Shown piece after piece: positions 26,185-35,466 of a stretch of 64,000 nucleotides of DNA (positions are counted from its first letter, which is position 1; every line of letters begins with the position of its first letter). Below the pieces are notes generated by a model. It saw only the letters and a list, made by a program, of their open reading frames with translations, was not told the DNA's origin and made no database searches. The stretch spans positions 1-64,000 of IMG/VR virus record IMGVR_UViG_3300005537_000001; one strand, written 5' to 3'. The position numbers and the translations under genes were made by a program.

Positions 26185-26773
26185 AAAATTTAACGAGTTT
26201 TTCTTAGATTTCAAGCAGACCAATCTGTGGTACGCGATGGCCAACACCCACGAGAACAGCCCGTGGCACCGCGAGGAGAGCGTCGCCGTTCACACGCAGA
26301 TGCTCATCGATTACTACACCGCGAACTTTTTTGATCATCGAACCGACAAGCAGCGCTTGCTGTCGATGGTTAGCTGCTTGATGCACGATGTCGGTAAGCC
26401 GATGGCGGAAGTCAAAAAGTTCTCCGAGGAGCGAGGTGAATATCGCGCCTATCACGGTCACGAACTTATGTCTGCTCGCATCTGGACTGATTACGCGCTT
26501 TCCAAGCTGCAGCATGGTGGAAAAGTTCTCGATTTCAGCTTGATGGACGTAGCTAACGTTGCCCTCATGATCGAGCACCACGTTCCCTTCGCGCTCAAGG
26601 ACAAGAAGAAGCGCAAGAATTTGAAAGATGCTTTTTTCCACCGCATAGGTAAGGATGGTCATCAGGCATGGTTGGATTTACTTAACAGCGATCAGCATGG
26701 CCGCATATCCGATGATCAGGAAAAGAAGCTGGATGACGTTGCAGTTTGGATGCAAGAATGGGAGCTGGTATGA
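26171..26773 (+). CDS. HD-domain phosphohydrolase
   Basis: SPWHREESVAVHT...MHDVGKP...GHE..SA...EHH. Confidence 0.8.
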   Translation: MNTIEKFNEFFLDFKQTNLWYAMANTHENSPWHREESVAVHTQMLIDYYTANFFDHRTDKQRLLSMVSCLMHDVGKPMAEVKKFSEERGEYRAYHGHELMSARIWTDYALSKLQHGGKVLDFSLMDVANVALMIEHHVPFALKDKKKRKNLKDAFFHRIGKDGHQAWLDLLNSDQHGRISDDQEKKLDDVAVWMQEWELV

Positions 26774-27036
26774 GCAAGTACAATTGGCATTCTCCGGATG
26801 ATGGAAGTGGCCTATATTGGTTTTACATCTGTCACACGATCTTTTGCGTGATGATGGTTGGTGGACTTTGGATTGGTGGTTCGGTGTTGTGGGTTAAGCT
26901 GCTTCACAATCATCTGATTCTAAGCGTGATATTTTTCACCGCGTGGTCAGCGCTGATGCTTGCGTGGATGGGATTAGCAACCACAAAGATCAATAACCCG
27001 GATGGTACCGCGGAATGGAGAGGATATTTCCGATGA
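26770..27036 (+). CDS. Small two-TM membrane protein
   Basis: Two hydrophobic segments; ATGA overlap. Confidence 0.55.
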   Translation: MSKYNWHSPDDGSGLYWFYICHTIFCVMMVGGLWIGGSVLWVKLLHNHLILSVIFFTAWSALMLAWMGLATTKINNPDGTAEWRGYFR

Positions 27037-27269
27037 GCATATTCGAACGAGTCAAAGCCCAGCTTCTTACCGAGATGAACGACATAGAGGAAATGTTCAA
27101 GAATTCCGACGAACGTAAACCTGGAAACTGCCTTGAGACATCTGAAGTCGTAGTTAGATACCAGCTTAACGGGCAAGATCGCTTTTTCGTGCTAGATCAT
27201 TGGTCAATTTACGAGCTACTGCGGAAGCGGGCCGCAACTCTGCGCAGAGAGTTGGTGTCGAATGGGTAA
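27033..27269 (+). CDS. Hypothetical protein
   Basis: ATGA overlap chain. Confidence 0.5.
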   Translation: MSIFERVKAQLLTEMNDIEEMFKNSDERKPGNCLETSEVVVRYQLNGQDRFFVLDHWSIYELLRKRAATLRRELVSNG

Positions 27270-27849
27270 AATTGCATACATCATGATTGGCGCTTCGGGT
27301 TCTGGAAAATCGACCCTTATCAAGCACATCACTAAAGAAAAAATGATGCTTGGCGGAAATCCCAAAGTTTCCACCTTCTCGCTTGATTCGTGTCGCATGA
27401 ATTTCATTCACACGAAAAAGGTTGGTCAGTGGTGGTCGGATAATGATTCTGACGCCGACATGTACGCTCAAGCGTTTGAGTGCGCAACAGAACATGAAAA
27501 GGAATTCAAAGCGTTCGTTGACGCGGCGTGGGCCGAGGCGCTGAAGGCTGATGCGCTGTTTATCGACAATACCAATCTTTCGCGAAAGTCGCGAACGCGG
27601 TGGATAGCTGAAGCTCGTCAGAAGGGATTCACCGTGTGGGCCGTCCAGGTAATGAGCCCACTAAAGACCGTTATTGATCGTCAATCTACCCGCCGTGACA
27701 AATCAGTCCCAACATCAGTTGTTCGGGATATGTATTTCAGACAGGAAGAAATTCTAGTTCCTGGTGAAGCTGATTTTCTATTCGTAGCTGATGGAACGTC
27801 CAAGAATCCTACCCTTCATTCGGTGATTCATTTTGACAATAACACGTAA
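27262..27849 (+). CDS. P-loop kinase, AAA_33 / polynucleotide-kinase-like
   Basis: MIGASGSGKST, SLD, IDNTNLSRKSR, DRQSTR lid, VP..VV..M. Confidence 0.8.
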   Translation: MGKIAYIMIGASGSGKSTLIKHITKEKMMLGGNPKVSTFSLDSCRMNFIHTKKVGQWWSDNDSDADMYAQAFECATEHEKEFKAFVDAAWAEALKADALFIDNTNLSRKSRTRWIAEARQKGFTVWAVQVMSPLKTVIDRQSTRRDKSVPTSVVRDMYFRQEEILVPGEADFLFVADGTSKNPTLHSVIHFDNNT

Positions 27850-28240
27850 GCGCTTTATCGTTGAGGTTAGCGGTCAGGGTTTCTACGTTGATCACGATCA
27901 TCTGTGGAAACCAATTTACACAACCGATATTACGAAGGCTAAGCAATGGAAAACATGGGCTGGTGCCAAGAGTCGCGGTGAGCAATGCGTACCGAATTAT
28001 TACAAAACCGGTGAGCGCCCTGCGTATCGAATTTACACGCTTAAAGAAACGATAACTACTACCAGCTCCAGTGACGATTGGAATGAGGTTCCATCACTTG
28101 TTGAGCTTGAAGCTAAATGGGAAGCTGAAAAGAAATTCAAGCGTGAGTCCGGTGAGATTAAGAAGATCACCTTAGGTGATCTGTTAGTTCTGCCGAACGC
28201 AGTTCCCGATGATCGATTTGATGGTGGACGACAGCGATGA
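27833..28240 (+). CDS. Hypothetical protein
   Basis: Chain of overlapping ORFs. Confidence 0.55.
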   Translation: MTITRKRFIVEVSGQGFYVDHDHLWKPIYTTDITKAKQWKTWAGAKSRGEQCVPNYYKTGERPAYRIYTLKETITTTSSSDDWNEVPSLVELEAKWEAEKKFKRESGEIKKITLGDLLVLPNAVPDDRFDGGRQR

Positions 28241-28533
28241 CCATCGCACCATGTCCGCACGGCTGCGGAAACTACGTAAATTACGCCGACAATCTCGCCT
28301 ATTGTCCTGGTTGCCGCCGCGATCTATTTGTGACAGGCATGCTGATCCCAGAGGGTCCTGTAGAAGCTGGAAATCCACACGATTGGAAAGCAAGTTGGTG
28401 TTGGAAGTGGTGGGGACCGATGAGCCACCGGATGCGCTGTCGCCTTCCAAAACACCATGAAGGCCCACATGATACCCACGAACAAAGAGAAGAATGCGTA
28501 TCTATATCAACGACTGGTGAGCTAGTTTGCTGA
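28237..28533 (+). CDS. Cys/His-rich putative Zn-binding protein
   Basis: CPHGCG...CPGC and C...C...HHEGPH. Confidence 0.55.
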   Translation: MTIAPCPHGCGNYVNYADNLAYCPGCRRDLFVTGMLIPEGPVEAGNPHDWKASWCWKWWGPMSHRMRCRLPKHHEGPHDTHEQREECVSISTTGELVC

Positions 28534-28543
28534 TTCGCAGTTG

Positions 28544-28572
28544 TTTACTTCCTAGCGCAGCTGTGCTATAAT
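28544..28572 (+). promoter_or_regulatory. Early/middle promoter TTTACT-N17-TATAAT
   Basis: Matches the recurrent consensus. Confidence 0.7.
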
Positions 28573-28578
28573 TGACTT

Positions 28579-28777
28579 CGTACTGGTGAAGCGACACCTT
28601 CACATCCGCTGAAAATAACTAGAGAGCCAAAGGCTCCTACTAAAATCCCCGATGAAACCCGCTGAAGCGCACCATTTCCAGGCTGCGCGCTGGATGAGAC
28701 TAGTATAAATAATCTCGCATACTCATGTTGTGTGCGATTTATATTTTGAAAATTTACTGTTTAGGAGAATAACTAAA
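28579..28777 (+). promoter_or_regulatory. Structured leader of the ssb (gene 32-like) gene, containing an internal late promoter TATAAATA (28704-28711)
   Basis: Largest non-coding stretch in the window; four short hairpins, then an AT-rich tract before the SD. Confidence 0.5.
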
Positions 28778-29668
28778 ATGTCTGCAAATGCAAAACTTCA
28801 AGCCCTCAAAGCGGCTTTTGATAAGAAGACTTCTGGTGGCGATCAAAACTGGAAACTCTTCTACCCCTTCTGGAAAATGCCCGACGACGCAACCGCGATT
28901 GTCCGTTTCCTCCCAGATCTTGACGGCGACAACAACCTTGGATTTCTTGTAGAAAACCTACAGCACGAATTAGTTGTCAACGGAAACAAGAAGAAGGTTC
29001 CCTGCCTCCAAATGCACGGCGAATCCTGCCCAATCTGCGATCTATCACGTAAGTATTACGACGAGAAGAACGAAGAGATGGGTAAAAAGTATTACCGTAA
29101 GAAGGAATACATCGGTCAAGTTATCGTCATCGAGTCTCCAATTGAGCACGATCAGTCGAAGCTTGTTAAGCTAATCGCGTTTGGTCCAGCTGTGTTTAAG
29201 CAGATTCAAGCTGCATTCCAGTCTGGCGATCTCGAGGAAGCACCATACGAGTTCAAGGGCGGCTACAACTTCCGCATCAAGAAGACGAAGTCTGGTCAGT
29301 ACGCCTCGTACACCACTTCATCCTTCGCGCCAAAGCAGACCGATCTCGACGATGAAATCATCGAGAGCTTGGAGCTGTTCAACCTTGCTGACTACCGTGG
29401 CAAGAAGTTGGATTTGGCTACCGTCGAAGCTCTTTTGGTCGCAGACCAAACGGGTCAGCCAGTAGCTGAGGACGACGCGGATGATGCTCCAGCTCCTTCG
29501 GTATCACCGGCACCAGCTAAGGTCGCTGCAACCAAGGTTGTTGAAAAGCAAGCTGAGGAAACCGCTCCAGCGGTAACAGCGGCTGCTCCAGCTACCTCGA
29601 AGGCAAATTCTGTCCTAGAACAGCTCCGCGCCCGCGCGAAAGCCCAAGCGGCCACCAGCGCAGCGTAA
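28778..29668 (+). CDS. Single-stranded DNA-binding protein, T4 gp32-like
   Basis: A.VRFLPD, VPCL..HGESCPIC, YYRKK.YI..V.V, G.N F.IKKT.SGQY..Y..S.F. Confidence 0.85.
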   Translation: MSANAKLQALKAAFDKKTSGGDQNWKLFYPFWKMPDDATAIVRFLPDLDGDNNLGFLVENLQHELVVNGNKKKVPCLQMHGESCPICDLSRKYYDEKNEEMGKKYYRKKEYIGQVIVIESPIEHDQSKLVKLIAFGPAVFKQIQAAFQSGDLEEAPYEFKGGYNFRIKKTKSGQYASYTTSSFAPKQTDLDDEIIESLELFNLADYRGKKLDLATVEALLVADQTGQPVAEDDADDAPAPSVSPAPAKVAATKVVEKQAEETAPAVTAAAPATSKANSVLEQLRARAKAQAATSAA

Positions 29669-29675
29669 TTGAATT

Positions 29676-29699
29676 TGGAGAGGGACTAACACCTCTCCA
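29676..29699 (+). terminator. Terminator-like hairpin TGGAGAGG/CCTCTCCA followed by TTT
   Basis: 8-bp stem just after the gp32 stop. Confidence 0.6.
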
Positions 29700-29720
29700 T
29701 TTCTAACAAGGAGAAATTCT

Positions 29721-30821
29721 ATGGCACTATCATTCCTCAAGGATTTTAGAAAGACCCTAGCGAAGATGGATTCCATCGTTACCGATTTTGGACCACCAAA
29801 ATTTTGGTATGGTACTGGAAACCTCGCGCTGAACAATCTTATCTCTGGATCCTTTTCGAAAGGCGTCCCACAAGGACGCATCACATGCCTCGCTGGTCCA
29901 TCCGGAGCTGGTAAATCATTCATCCTCGCCAACATCCTAAAGCACGCTCAAGATCAAGGTGCTTTCGTTCTCGTGCTCGATTCCGAACACGCGCTCGACA
30001 AGGGTTGGCTCTCAAAGATTGGTGTTAACGTTGATGACGATAACCTCCAATACGCGGGAGTAACAACTTTTGCCGATGTGGTGAGCGTACTTTCTGAATT
30101 CATTCAGATGTACGAGAAGGCCTATGGCCGCGATAACTTCGATGCACCGAAGGTTGTCATCTCCCTTGACTCAATCGACATGCTCATCACCGACACAGAA
30201 GACAAGCACTTCCAAGAGGGACAGCAGAAGGGCGATATGGGTCAGAAGGCGCGCCAGTCGAAGCACATGCTTCGCACCATCGTGTCGCGCATCAAGCGCT
30301 TCCCAATGTCGTTCCTAGTTAGCCATCAAGTCTATCCTAACCAGGATTTGATGAATGGTCAAGGGCTCTGGATCATCAACAACGCGATTCGTTATTCGGC
30401 ATCCCAGATTCTTCTCATTACTCCAGCTAAACTGAAGGAAGAGGGAGAAGTAACTGGTGTTCGAATGAAGGTAGAGACCTACAAGTCTCGCTTCGCGCAG
30501 ATGGGAAAGAAAACAGAAGTTCAAGTTCCTTGGGCATCTGGCATGAGCAAGTACTCTGGCTTCCTCGACATGATGGAAGAGCAGGGTATCGTTACTTCTG
30601 CCGGCGCGTGGAAGTCACTTGATCTTCCTGGTGAAAAGACCATCAAGTTCCAATCGAAGGATCTCGACGAGGAGCTTGTAAACAAAATTCTGTCTCATCC
30701 AAAGATTGCTGCGGCTGAAAAGACAGTTCTAGAAATGATGGCTGACGATTCTAACTTCACCGAAGAAGCTGAAGGTATCGTCGATGAAGAAAAGCCATCT
30801 CCAAAAAAGAAGAAGGAGTAA
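29721..30821 (+). CDS. uvsX: RecA-like recombinase UvsX
   Basis: TG..ALN..ISG....G.PQGRIT.LAGPSGAGKS, LDSE.A, ISLDSI. Confidence 0.85.
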   Translation: MALSFLKDFRKTLAKMDSIVTDFGPPKFWYGTGNLALNNLISGSFSKGVPQGRITCLAGPSGAGKSFILANILKHAQDQGAFVLVLDSEHALDKGWLSKIGVNVDDDNLQYAGVTTFADVVSVLSEFIQMYEKAYGRDNFDAPKVVISLDSIDMLITDTEDKHFQEGQQKGDMGQKARQSKHMLRTIVSRIKRFPMSFLVSHQVYPNQDLMNGQGLWIINNAIRYSASQILLITPAKLKEEGEVTGVRMKVETYKSRFAQMGKKTEVQVPWASGMSKYSGFLDMMEEQGIVTSAGAWKSLDLPGEKTIKFQSKDLDEELVNKILSHPKIAAAEKTVLEMMADDSNFTEEAEGIVDEEKPSPKKKKE

Positions 30822-30824
30822 TTT

Positions 30825-31043
30825 ATGTCGAAAAATCTATATGGTGAAAGAATCGTTATCGAGGTCGTTTCTGGCGGATTCATTCTTGAATATCCAGTGT
30901 TCGTCGGCGACGGCGATAAGGAGCACAGCGAGCTGGCACGAGAGGTATTCGTATCTCCACGCAAGCTTAACCAGAAGCTCAAGGACGTCATCAGCACCGT
31001 CAGCCTAGTTACTGACGGTAAAGAGGGCGACGGCGAAGAGTGA
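30825..31043 (+). CDS. Hypothetical protein
   Basis: SD AAGGAG. Confidence 0.6.
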   Translation: MSKNLYGERIVIEVVSGGFILEYPVFVGDGDKEHSELAREVFVSPRKLNQKLKDVISTVSLVTDGKEGDGEE

Positions 31044-31441
31044 TGCTGAAAGCTGAATTGAAAAACGAGTCGGTTGATCAGTTGATGTGCGCACACGGAA
31101 TGTGCGCACCTCCCGCGCGGCTAACGTGGAAAGAAATCTACGCGACTATATCTCAAAAGCATTTAGTTATCATCGGGGAATATCGAAATAAGCGCGGCCG
31201 CGTTTACGAGTGGAAGTTTCGCTATCGCTGGGTAGAACTTTTACTGTCAAATCCGCTGAAGTGGAAAAGTTTTATCCAGGATTGGGTAATTGAAGATCAA
31301 CTCGCAAAAACCTTATCCAGCGAGATTCAAAAGGAACTCGACGCTGAAATTGTTCAGCTGCTCGTAAATCTCGGCGGCGTCGAAATGGCCAAGGATCCCG
31401 AATCAATCAGGCAGCTTAAGGCGCTGGCTGGGCATGAATAA
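31040..31441 (+). CDS. Hypothetical protein with a gp23-like helix motif
   Basis: EDQLAKTLSSEIQKELDAEIV. Confidence 0.5.
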   Translation: MMLKAELKNESVDQLMCAHGMCAPPARLTWKEIYATISQKHLVIIGEYRNKRGRVYEWKFRYRWVELLLSNPLKWKSFIQDWVIEDQLAKTLSSEIQKELDAEIVQLLVNLGGVEMAKDPESIRQLKALAGHE

Positions 31442-31697
31442 GTATCTCACGTATACCGCGATGGCGAAGCTGCTGAGCCTCATCACTGATGAAGGCGCTC
31501 ACGCGGTTAGAATAACTTCACAACCTCGCGGTAGCGTCTCGTTTGAGATGCTTCACGAAAGGCAGCCATGGACCGATCTGATGATATCGGCAACACCGAA
31601 GGTGTATACAAATTTCTATACTTTCGATAAGCTAGATTCAGCCGCTATCGATTTTGATTATTCTTCTTCCGAATTCATAATCACGAGACAAGCATGA
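31434..31697 (+). CDS. Hypothetical protein
   Basis: Chain of overlapping ORFs. Confidence 0.5.
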   Translation: MNKYLTYTAMAKLLSLITDEGAHAVRITSQPRGSVSFEMLHERQPWTDLMISATPKVYTNFYTFDKLDSAAIDFDYSSSEFIITRQA

Positions 31698-31900
31698 CAA
31701 TCAAGATAACGATTACCAACAGCGACGTCGGAGAAAACCGAATAGTCGAAGTGCGAAATGTAGGTTCTGATTTGACAGAGCTTGACAAGGATCCTCGTAC
31801 AAACTATGCCAACCGCCAAGAATTGAAAGGCGGTGAAACCGCGGTTATGTGGGTTCACGGCGGTCAATCGATAGTAGTTTGCGAAGTAAGGAATGGCTGA
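31694..31900 (+). CDS. Hypothetical protein
   Basis: ATGA overlap chain. Confidence 0.55.
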   Translation: MTIKITITNSDVGENRIVEVRNVGSDLTELDKDPRTNYANRQELKGGETAVMWVHGGQSIVVCEVRNG

Positions 31901-32361
31901 TGACATTTCTACTTACCCTGGACGAGGACAAGCTTGACGAGATAGTTCCGCTGCTACCAAAGTATGAGCAGAAGATAGCGGCGGCCGAGCCCATCTTCAA
32001 GATCGAGGGTAGGCGGTTGGAAGAGGTCATGCGCACGCTCCCGCACTATCAGTCAGCTTATGATCAAGCCTTTCAGGAAATGAAAGGTCTTGAGGAGTGG
32101 ATTCTAAACATCAAGGAAAAGCGAGTTGGCAAGCTGTGGAAAAAGTACAACGAGAACTACAGCAAAGCCCTGTCAACAAAAGACATCACGATGTACATCG
32201 CTTCCGAAAAGGAAGTTGTCGAGATAAATCAGATAATCATTGAGGTTGTCGCCCTAAAGAACAACCTCGCCTCCATCGTGGACGCCCTAAAGCAGATGGG
32301 ATGGATGGTCGGAAACATCACAAAATTACGCATCTCCGAGATGCAAGACGCAATTCTCTAA
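31900..32361 (+). CDS. uvsY: Recombination mediator, UvsY-like
   Basis: Helical protein with Y.E...KALS..D...YI..E.EV...; position between uvsX and uvsW. Confidence 0.65.
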   Translation: MTFLLTLDEDKLDEIVPLLPKYEQKIAAAEPIFKIEGRRLEEVMRTLPHYQSAYDQAFQEMKGLEEWILNIKEKRVGKLWKKYNENYSKALSTKDITMYIASEKEVVEINQIIIEVVALKNNLASIVDALKQMGWMVGNITKLRISEMQDAIL

Positions 32362-32371
32362 GGAGTTAACC

Positions 32372-32884
32372 ATGGCAGATGACGATATGGACGAGCTCGA
32401 CATTAACCTTGACGAGCTCAATTGGCCGCCGGGCACTGCTGGAAGTGGAGGCGCTGGAAATACCGGATCAGCTGGTTGGCCTGCCGGCGGAATCAACATT
32501 CCTGTTTCGGGTAGCTCTGGAAGCGCTGGCGTAGGTTCGGTAGGTGGATCTGCCGTAGCTGGTAAAGCTGGTATCGGTTCAACGATGCTCGCGCTGATAC
32601 TTTCTCAAGTTAAAAGCGACGTTCGATATGTTATCGTTCCAGAAGATGGTCCATGCTTGGAGCTTGAGGAACAGAAGATCATTACTCCGCGCGAGATGAT
32701 TGGAATTTCCAAATTCATCAACGTTGTTAACTGCATGATCGCTAGTGACTTCGCGCTGGGTGTAAATTGGTCCGAGCTGATAAAGAAACTTGGAATCACA
32801 AAGCACTTTATCACCGGAAAGCAAGACGTTGCGCAGTATGATGACGACACCGATATCCTCTACCTCTTTCTGTTTGACGATTGA
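32372..32884 (+). CDS. Hypothetical protein with a Gly/Ser-rich N-terminal linker
   Basis: SD AAGGAG; acidic start, then about 45 aa of G/S/A. Confidence 0.6.
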   Translation: MADDDMDELDINLDELNWPPGTAGSGGAGNTGSAGWPAGGINIPVSGSSGSAGVGSVGGSAVAGKAGIGSTMLALILSQVKSDVRYVIVPEDGPCLELEEQKIITPREMIGISKFINVVNCMIASDFALGVNWSELIKKLGITKHFITGKQDVAQYDDDTDILYLFLFDD

Positions 32885-34305
32885 TGAAGTGCTATCTATC
32901 CGTTAGGGACGAGGTTTGGTGCAACTTCACCGGACTAACGCCAACACATATCGAAGTGCTGTGGAAAGAATTCGGTATCCATGTCGATGGATATTTTTTC
33001 ATGCCCGCATATAAGTTGGGGAGGTGGGATGGTAAGGTTCACTTTTTTGAAAAAACTGGAAAAACCTACGTACGGCTTCTCGATAAAATTCTTCCCTTCA
33101 TCGAGAAGTGGGGCTACGATATTGAGCTCATCGACAATCGAAAGATTACCGTTCCTCCTATCGCGCGCGCCTTCCCAGCAATGTTTGGCAACGTTGAATT
33201 TGGCGGCAAACCGTTTGAGCTCCGCCCGTACCAAGTAGACTCGATAAATTCAGCTCTAGAAAATGGATCTGGTTTCATCATCGCTGGAACTGGAGCTGGA
33301 AAAACATCCATTACCGCCGGAATATCACACATCTACGCTCAAGCTGGGTACAAGGTAATGACGATAGTTCCTTCTGCGGATCTGGTAGCGCAAACAGCAG
33401 AGTGGTATCGATTGCTGTGCGGTGATGACGTAGGAATTTATTCTGGCGAGGATAAGGATGTCAACCACTCGCACGTCGTTGCAACTTGGCAGGCGCTTCA
33501 ATACAATCCCAGTATACTTCAGGATTTCAATGTGTTAATATGGGATGAAGCCCATGGTATTAAAGCGGCAGTAGCCCAAAAATTAATAAACACCAACGGC
33601 AAACACATAGCATACCGCTTTGGCGTTACTGGAACGTTTCCAAAATCAGAATCAGATAAGATGGCGCTGCACTCCTCCATAGGACCGATCCTAAAGGAAA
33701 TTCCGGCGGCGTGGCTAATCGAAAATAGCTATCTGGCTAAGGTTGAAATTGAACCGATTGAGCTTCACGAAACGTACGTTGACGAAGAATTTGTAAACTA
33801 CGACGCCGAGAAGTCCTTCCTTGGAAAGAGCACCGGAAGAATGGAGATCATCGCGGATCTCATCATCTCCAAGTGCGCAACCCACGGAAACACTCTCGTG
33901 CTAGTCAACAACATTCCCTTCGGAAAGAAGCTGGCATCACTGATCAAGGATTCTGTGTTTCTCTACGGAGAATCTCCAACTGATCTGCGAAAGGAACATT
34001 ACGACATGTTCGAACAGCGAGATGACTTGATAGTGATAGCTTCTTCAGGAATCGCAAGTACCGGCATTTCGATCGATAGGGTGTTCTGCTTAATGCTAGT
34101 TGATGCAGGTAAATCGTTCATCAAGGCGATTCAATCAATTGGCCGAGGTCTTCGAATTGGACATGATAAATCGGCGGTGCACGTTGTAGACGTTCATTCT
34201 AAGCTCAAGTGGGCTAAGAAGCACGCCAAGGATAGAATCAAGCACTACGTTGAAGCTGGGTATCCAGTTCTCAAAAAACAAACTGTAAAGGTGAAGTATG
34301 AGTAA
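32884..34305 (+). CDS. uvsW: SF2 DNA helicase, UvsW-like
   Basis: LRPYQ, GTGAGKT, WDEAH, GVTGT, QSIGRGLR. Confidence 0.9.
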   Translation: MKCYLSVRDEVWCNFTGLTPTHIEVLWKEFGIHVDGYFFMPAYKLGRWDGKVHFFEKTGKTYVRLLDKILPFIEKWGYDIELIDNRKITVPPIARAFPAMFGNVEFGGKPFELRPYQVDSINSALENGSGFIIAGTGAGKTSITAGISHIYAQAGYKVMTIVPSADLVAQTAEWYRLLCGDDVGIYSGEDKDVNHSHVVATWQALQYNPSILQDFNVLIWDEAHGIKAAVAQKLINTNGKHIAYRFGVTGTFPKSESDKMALHSSIGPILKEIPAAWLIENSYLAKVEIEPIELHETYVDEEFVNYDAEKSFLGKSTGRMEIIADLIISKCATHGNTLVLVNNIPFGKKLASLIKDSVFLYGESPTDLRKEHYDMFEQRDDLIVIASSGIASTGISIDRVFCLMLVDAGKSFIKAIQSIGRGLRIGHDKSAVHVVDVHSKLKWAKKHAKDRIKHYVEAGYPVLKKQTVKVKYE

Positions 34306-34633
34306 CATTTTAGGACCGATTACGATGGAAGCTGGACCAGCGGTAGAAGCCCAGACCGGGCCGTGGTACAAGCTATCAGCTGAAGACATGCAGGCTTTCG
34401 CGGAGTATACCGGCGCGTTGGATAAAGATGGTTGTATGAAACACCGCCTTAACGTTTTCTTCGAGGATGGACGAAGCCGCTACGCGGTGTTCACCGAAGA
34501 GGAGTGGAATTTTCTTAACATGGTAGTTCCAGGGCGCAAGCGAATGATGGACAACCATGGACGCCTTTACTCGCAAGAGGATATCGCTAGCATCAAGAAA
34601 TCAATTCAAGAAGCGCTGCATGGATCTGTTTAA
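34298..34633 (+). CDS. Hypothetical protein
   Basis: Chain of overlapping ORFs. Confidence 0.55.
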   Translation: MSNILGPITMEAGPAVEAQTGPWYKLSAEDMQAFAEYTGALDKDGCMKHRLNVFFEDGRSRYAVFTEEEWNFLNMVVPGRKRMMDNHGRLYSQEDIASIKKSIQEALHGSV

Positions 34634-35195
34634 AACACCAAAGCAGCTACCGTTTCTACACTACACATACCATTGGGTAGATGCCAATACGTGGGGTAAT
34701 GGCGCAACTGAAAAACAGCAACAGATGTCAATTGATTTGGGACCAATGCCATTTCTAGAACAACCGTCTCTCGACGATTTGTGGACTACCGAAGTCAACG
34801 AGAATATTCAAAAATCAGGTGAACACCAATTGCTGGTCGCCGCCAACATTCTCCGCAGTGCCGTCGCATTTAGAAGTAGAAGGGCCGTAGCCAATATTCT
34901 CATCGTGCAAAATCAAGAGAAGAAGGATTGGTTAGATACTAATGCCACCTTCCTACGGCAGCAAGCCTGTACCGTGATTGTGGATCCAACGCTACAGCCA
35001 AATGAAATTCGCGCAACATATTGGAAACTCATCTTCAAGAAGGATCGCATTGGTAGTGAGGTGGTGTGCTTTTCGGATATTCCAATCGCGGTTGATGGTG
35101 GCATTCAGATTTCGCCAGAAGGCTTCAGCGCAATTCAAAAATCGGATAACATCAGCATAGATTACCACTGTTATTTTCGTAGAGGATTCATGTGA
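34620..35195 (+). CDS. Hypothetical protein
   Basis: Chain of overlapping ORFs. Confidence 0.55.
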   Translation: MDLFKTPKQLPFLHYTYHWVDANTWGNGATEKQQQMSIDLGPMPFLEQPSLDDLWTTEVNENIQKSGEHQLLVAANILRSAVAFRSRRAVANILIVQNQEKKDWLDTNATFLRQQACTVIVDPTLQPNEIRATYWKLIFKKDRIGSEVVCFSDIPIAVDGGIQISPEGFSAIQKSDNISIDYHCYFRRGFM

Positions 35196-35458
35196 CTCGG
35201 GTAGTTCACTTCAGCAACCCGCATGATGTCTACATCGGTCGTCCGTCCAAATGGGGAAACCCATTCGAGATAGGAAAGGACGGCACGCGATCTGATGTGA
35301 TCGCTAGGTACGAGGAATGGGTAAGAACACAGCCCCAGCTCCTAAGTGAGCTACACGAGCTAGATGGAAAGACGCTTGGATGCTGGTGCAAGCCAAAAGC
35401 GTGTCACGGTGATGTCCTAGTTAAGCTTATACAAGAACAAAAATTTCTAACATATTGA
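35192..35458 (+). CDS. DUF4326-family protein
   Basis: DVYIGRPSKWGNPF...LDGKTLGCWCKPKACHGDVL. Confidence 0.85.
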   Translation: MTRVVHFSNPHDVYIGRPSKWGNPFEIGKDGTRSDVIARYEEWVRTQPQLLSELHELDGKTLGCWCKPKACHGDVLVKLIQEQKFLTY

Positions 35459-35466
35459 GAAAATAA

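Noticed and set aside
28600-28700. Possible hammerhead ribozyme (CTGAA / GATGA / GAAAC fragments)
   Set aside because: No intact CUGANGA-stem II-GAAA-stem III-UH arrangement could be assembled.
28652-28708. 18-codon ORF MKPAEAHHFQAARWMRLV in the gp32 leader
   Set aside because: No SD and no supporting features; indistinguishable from chance.
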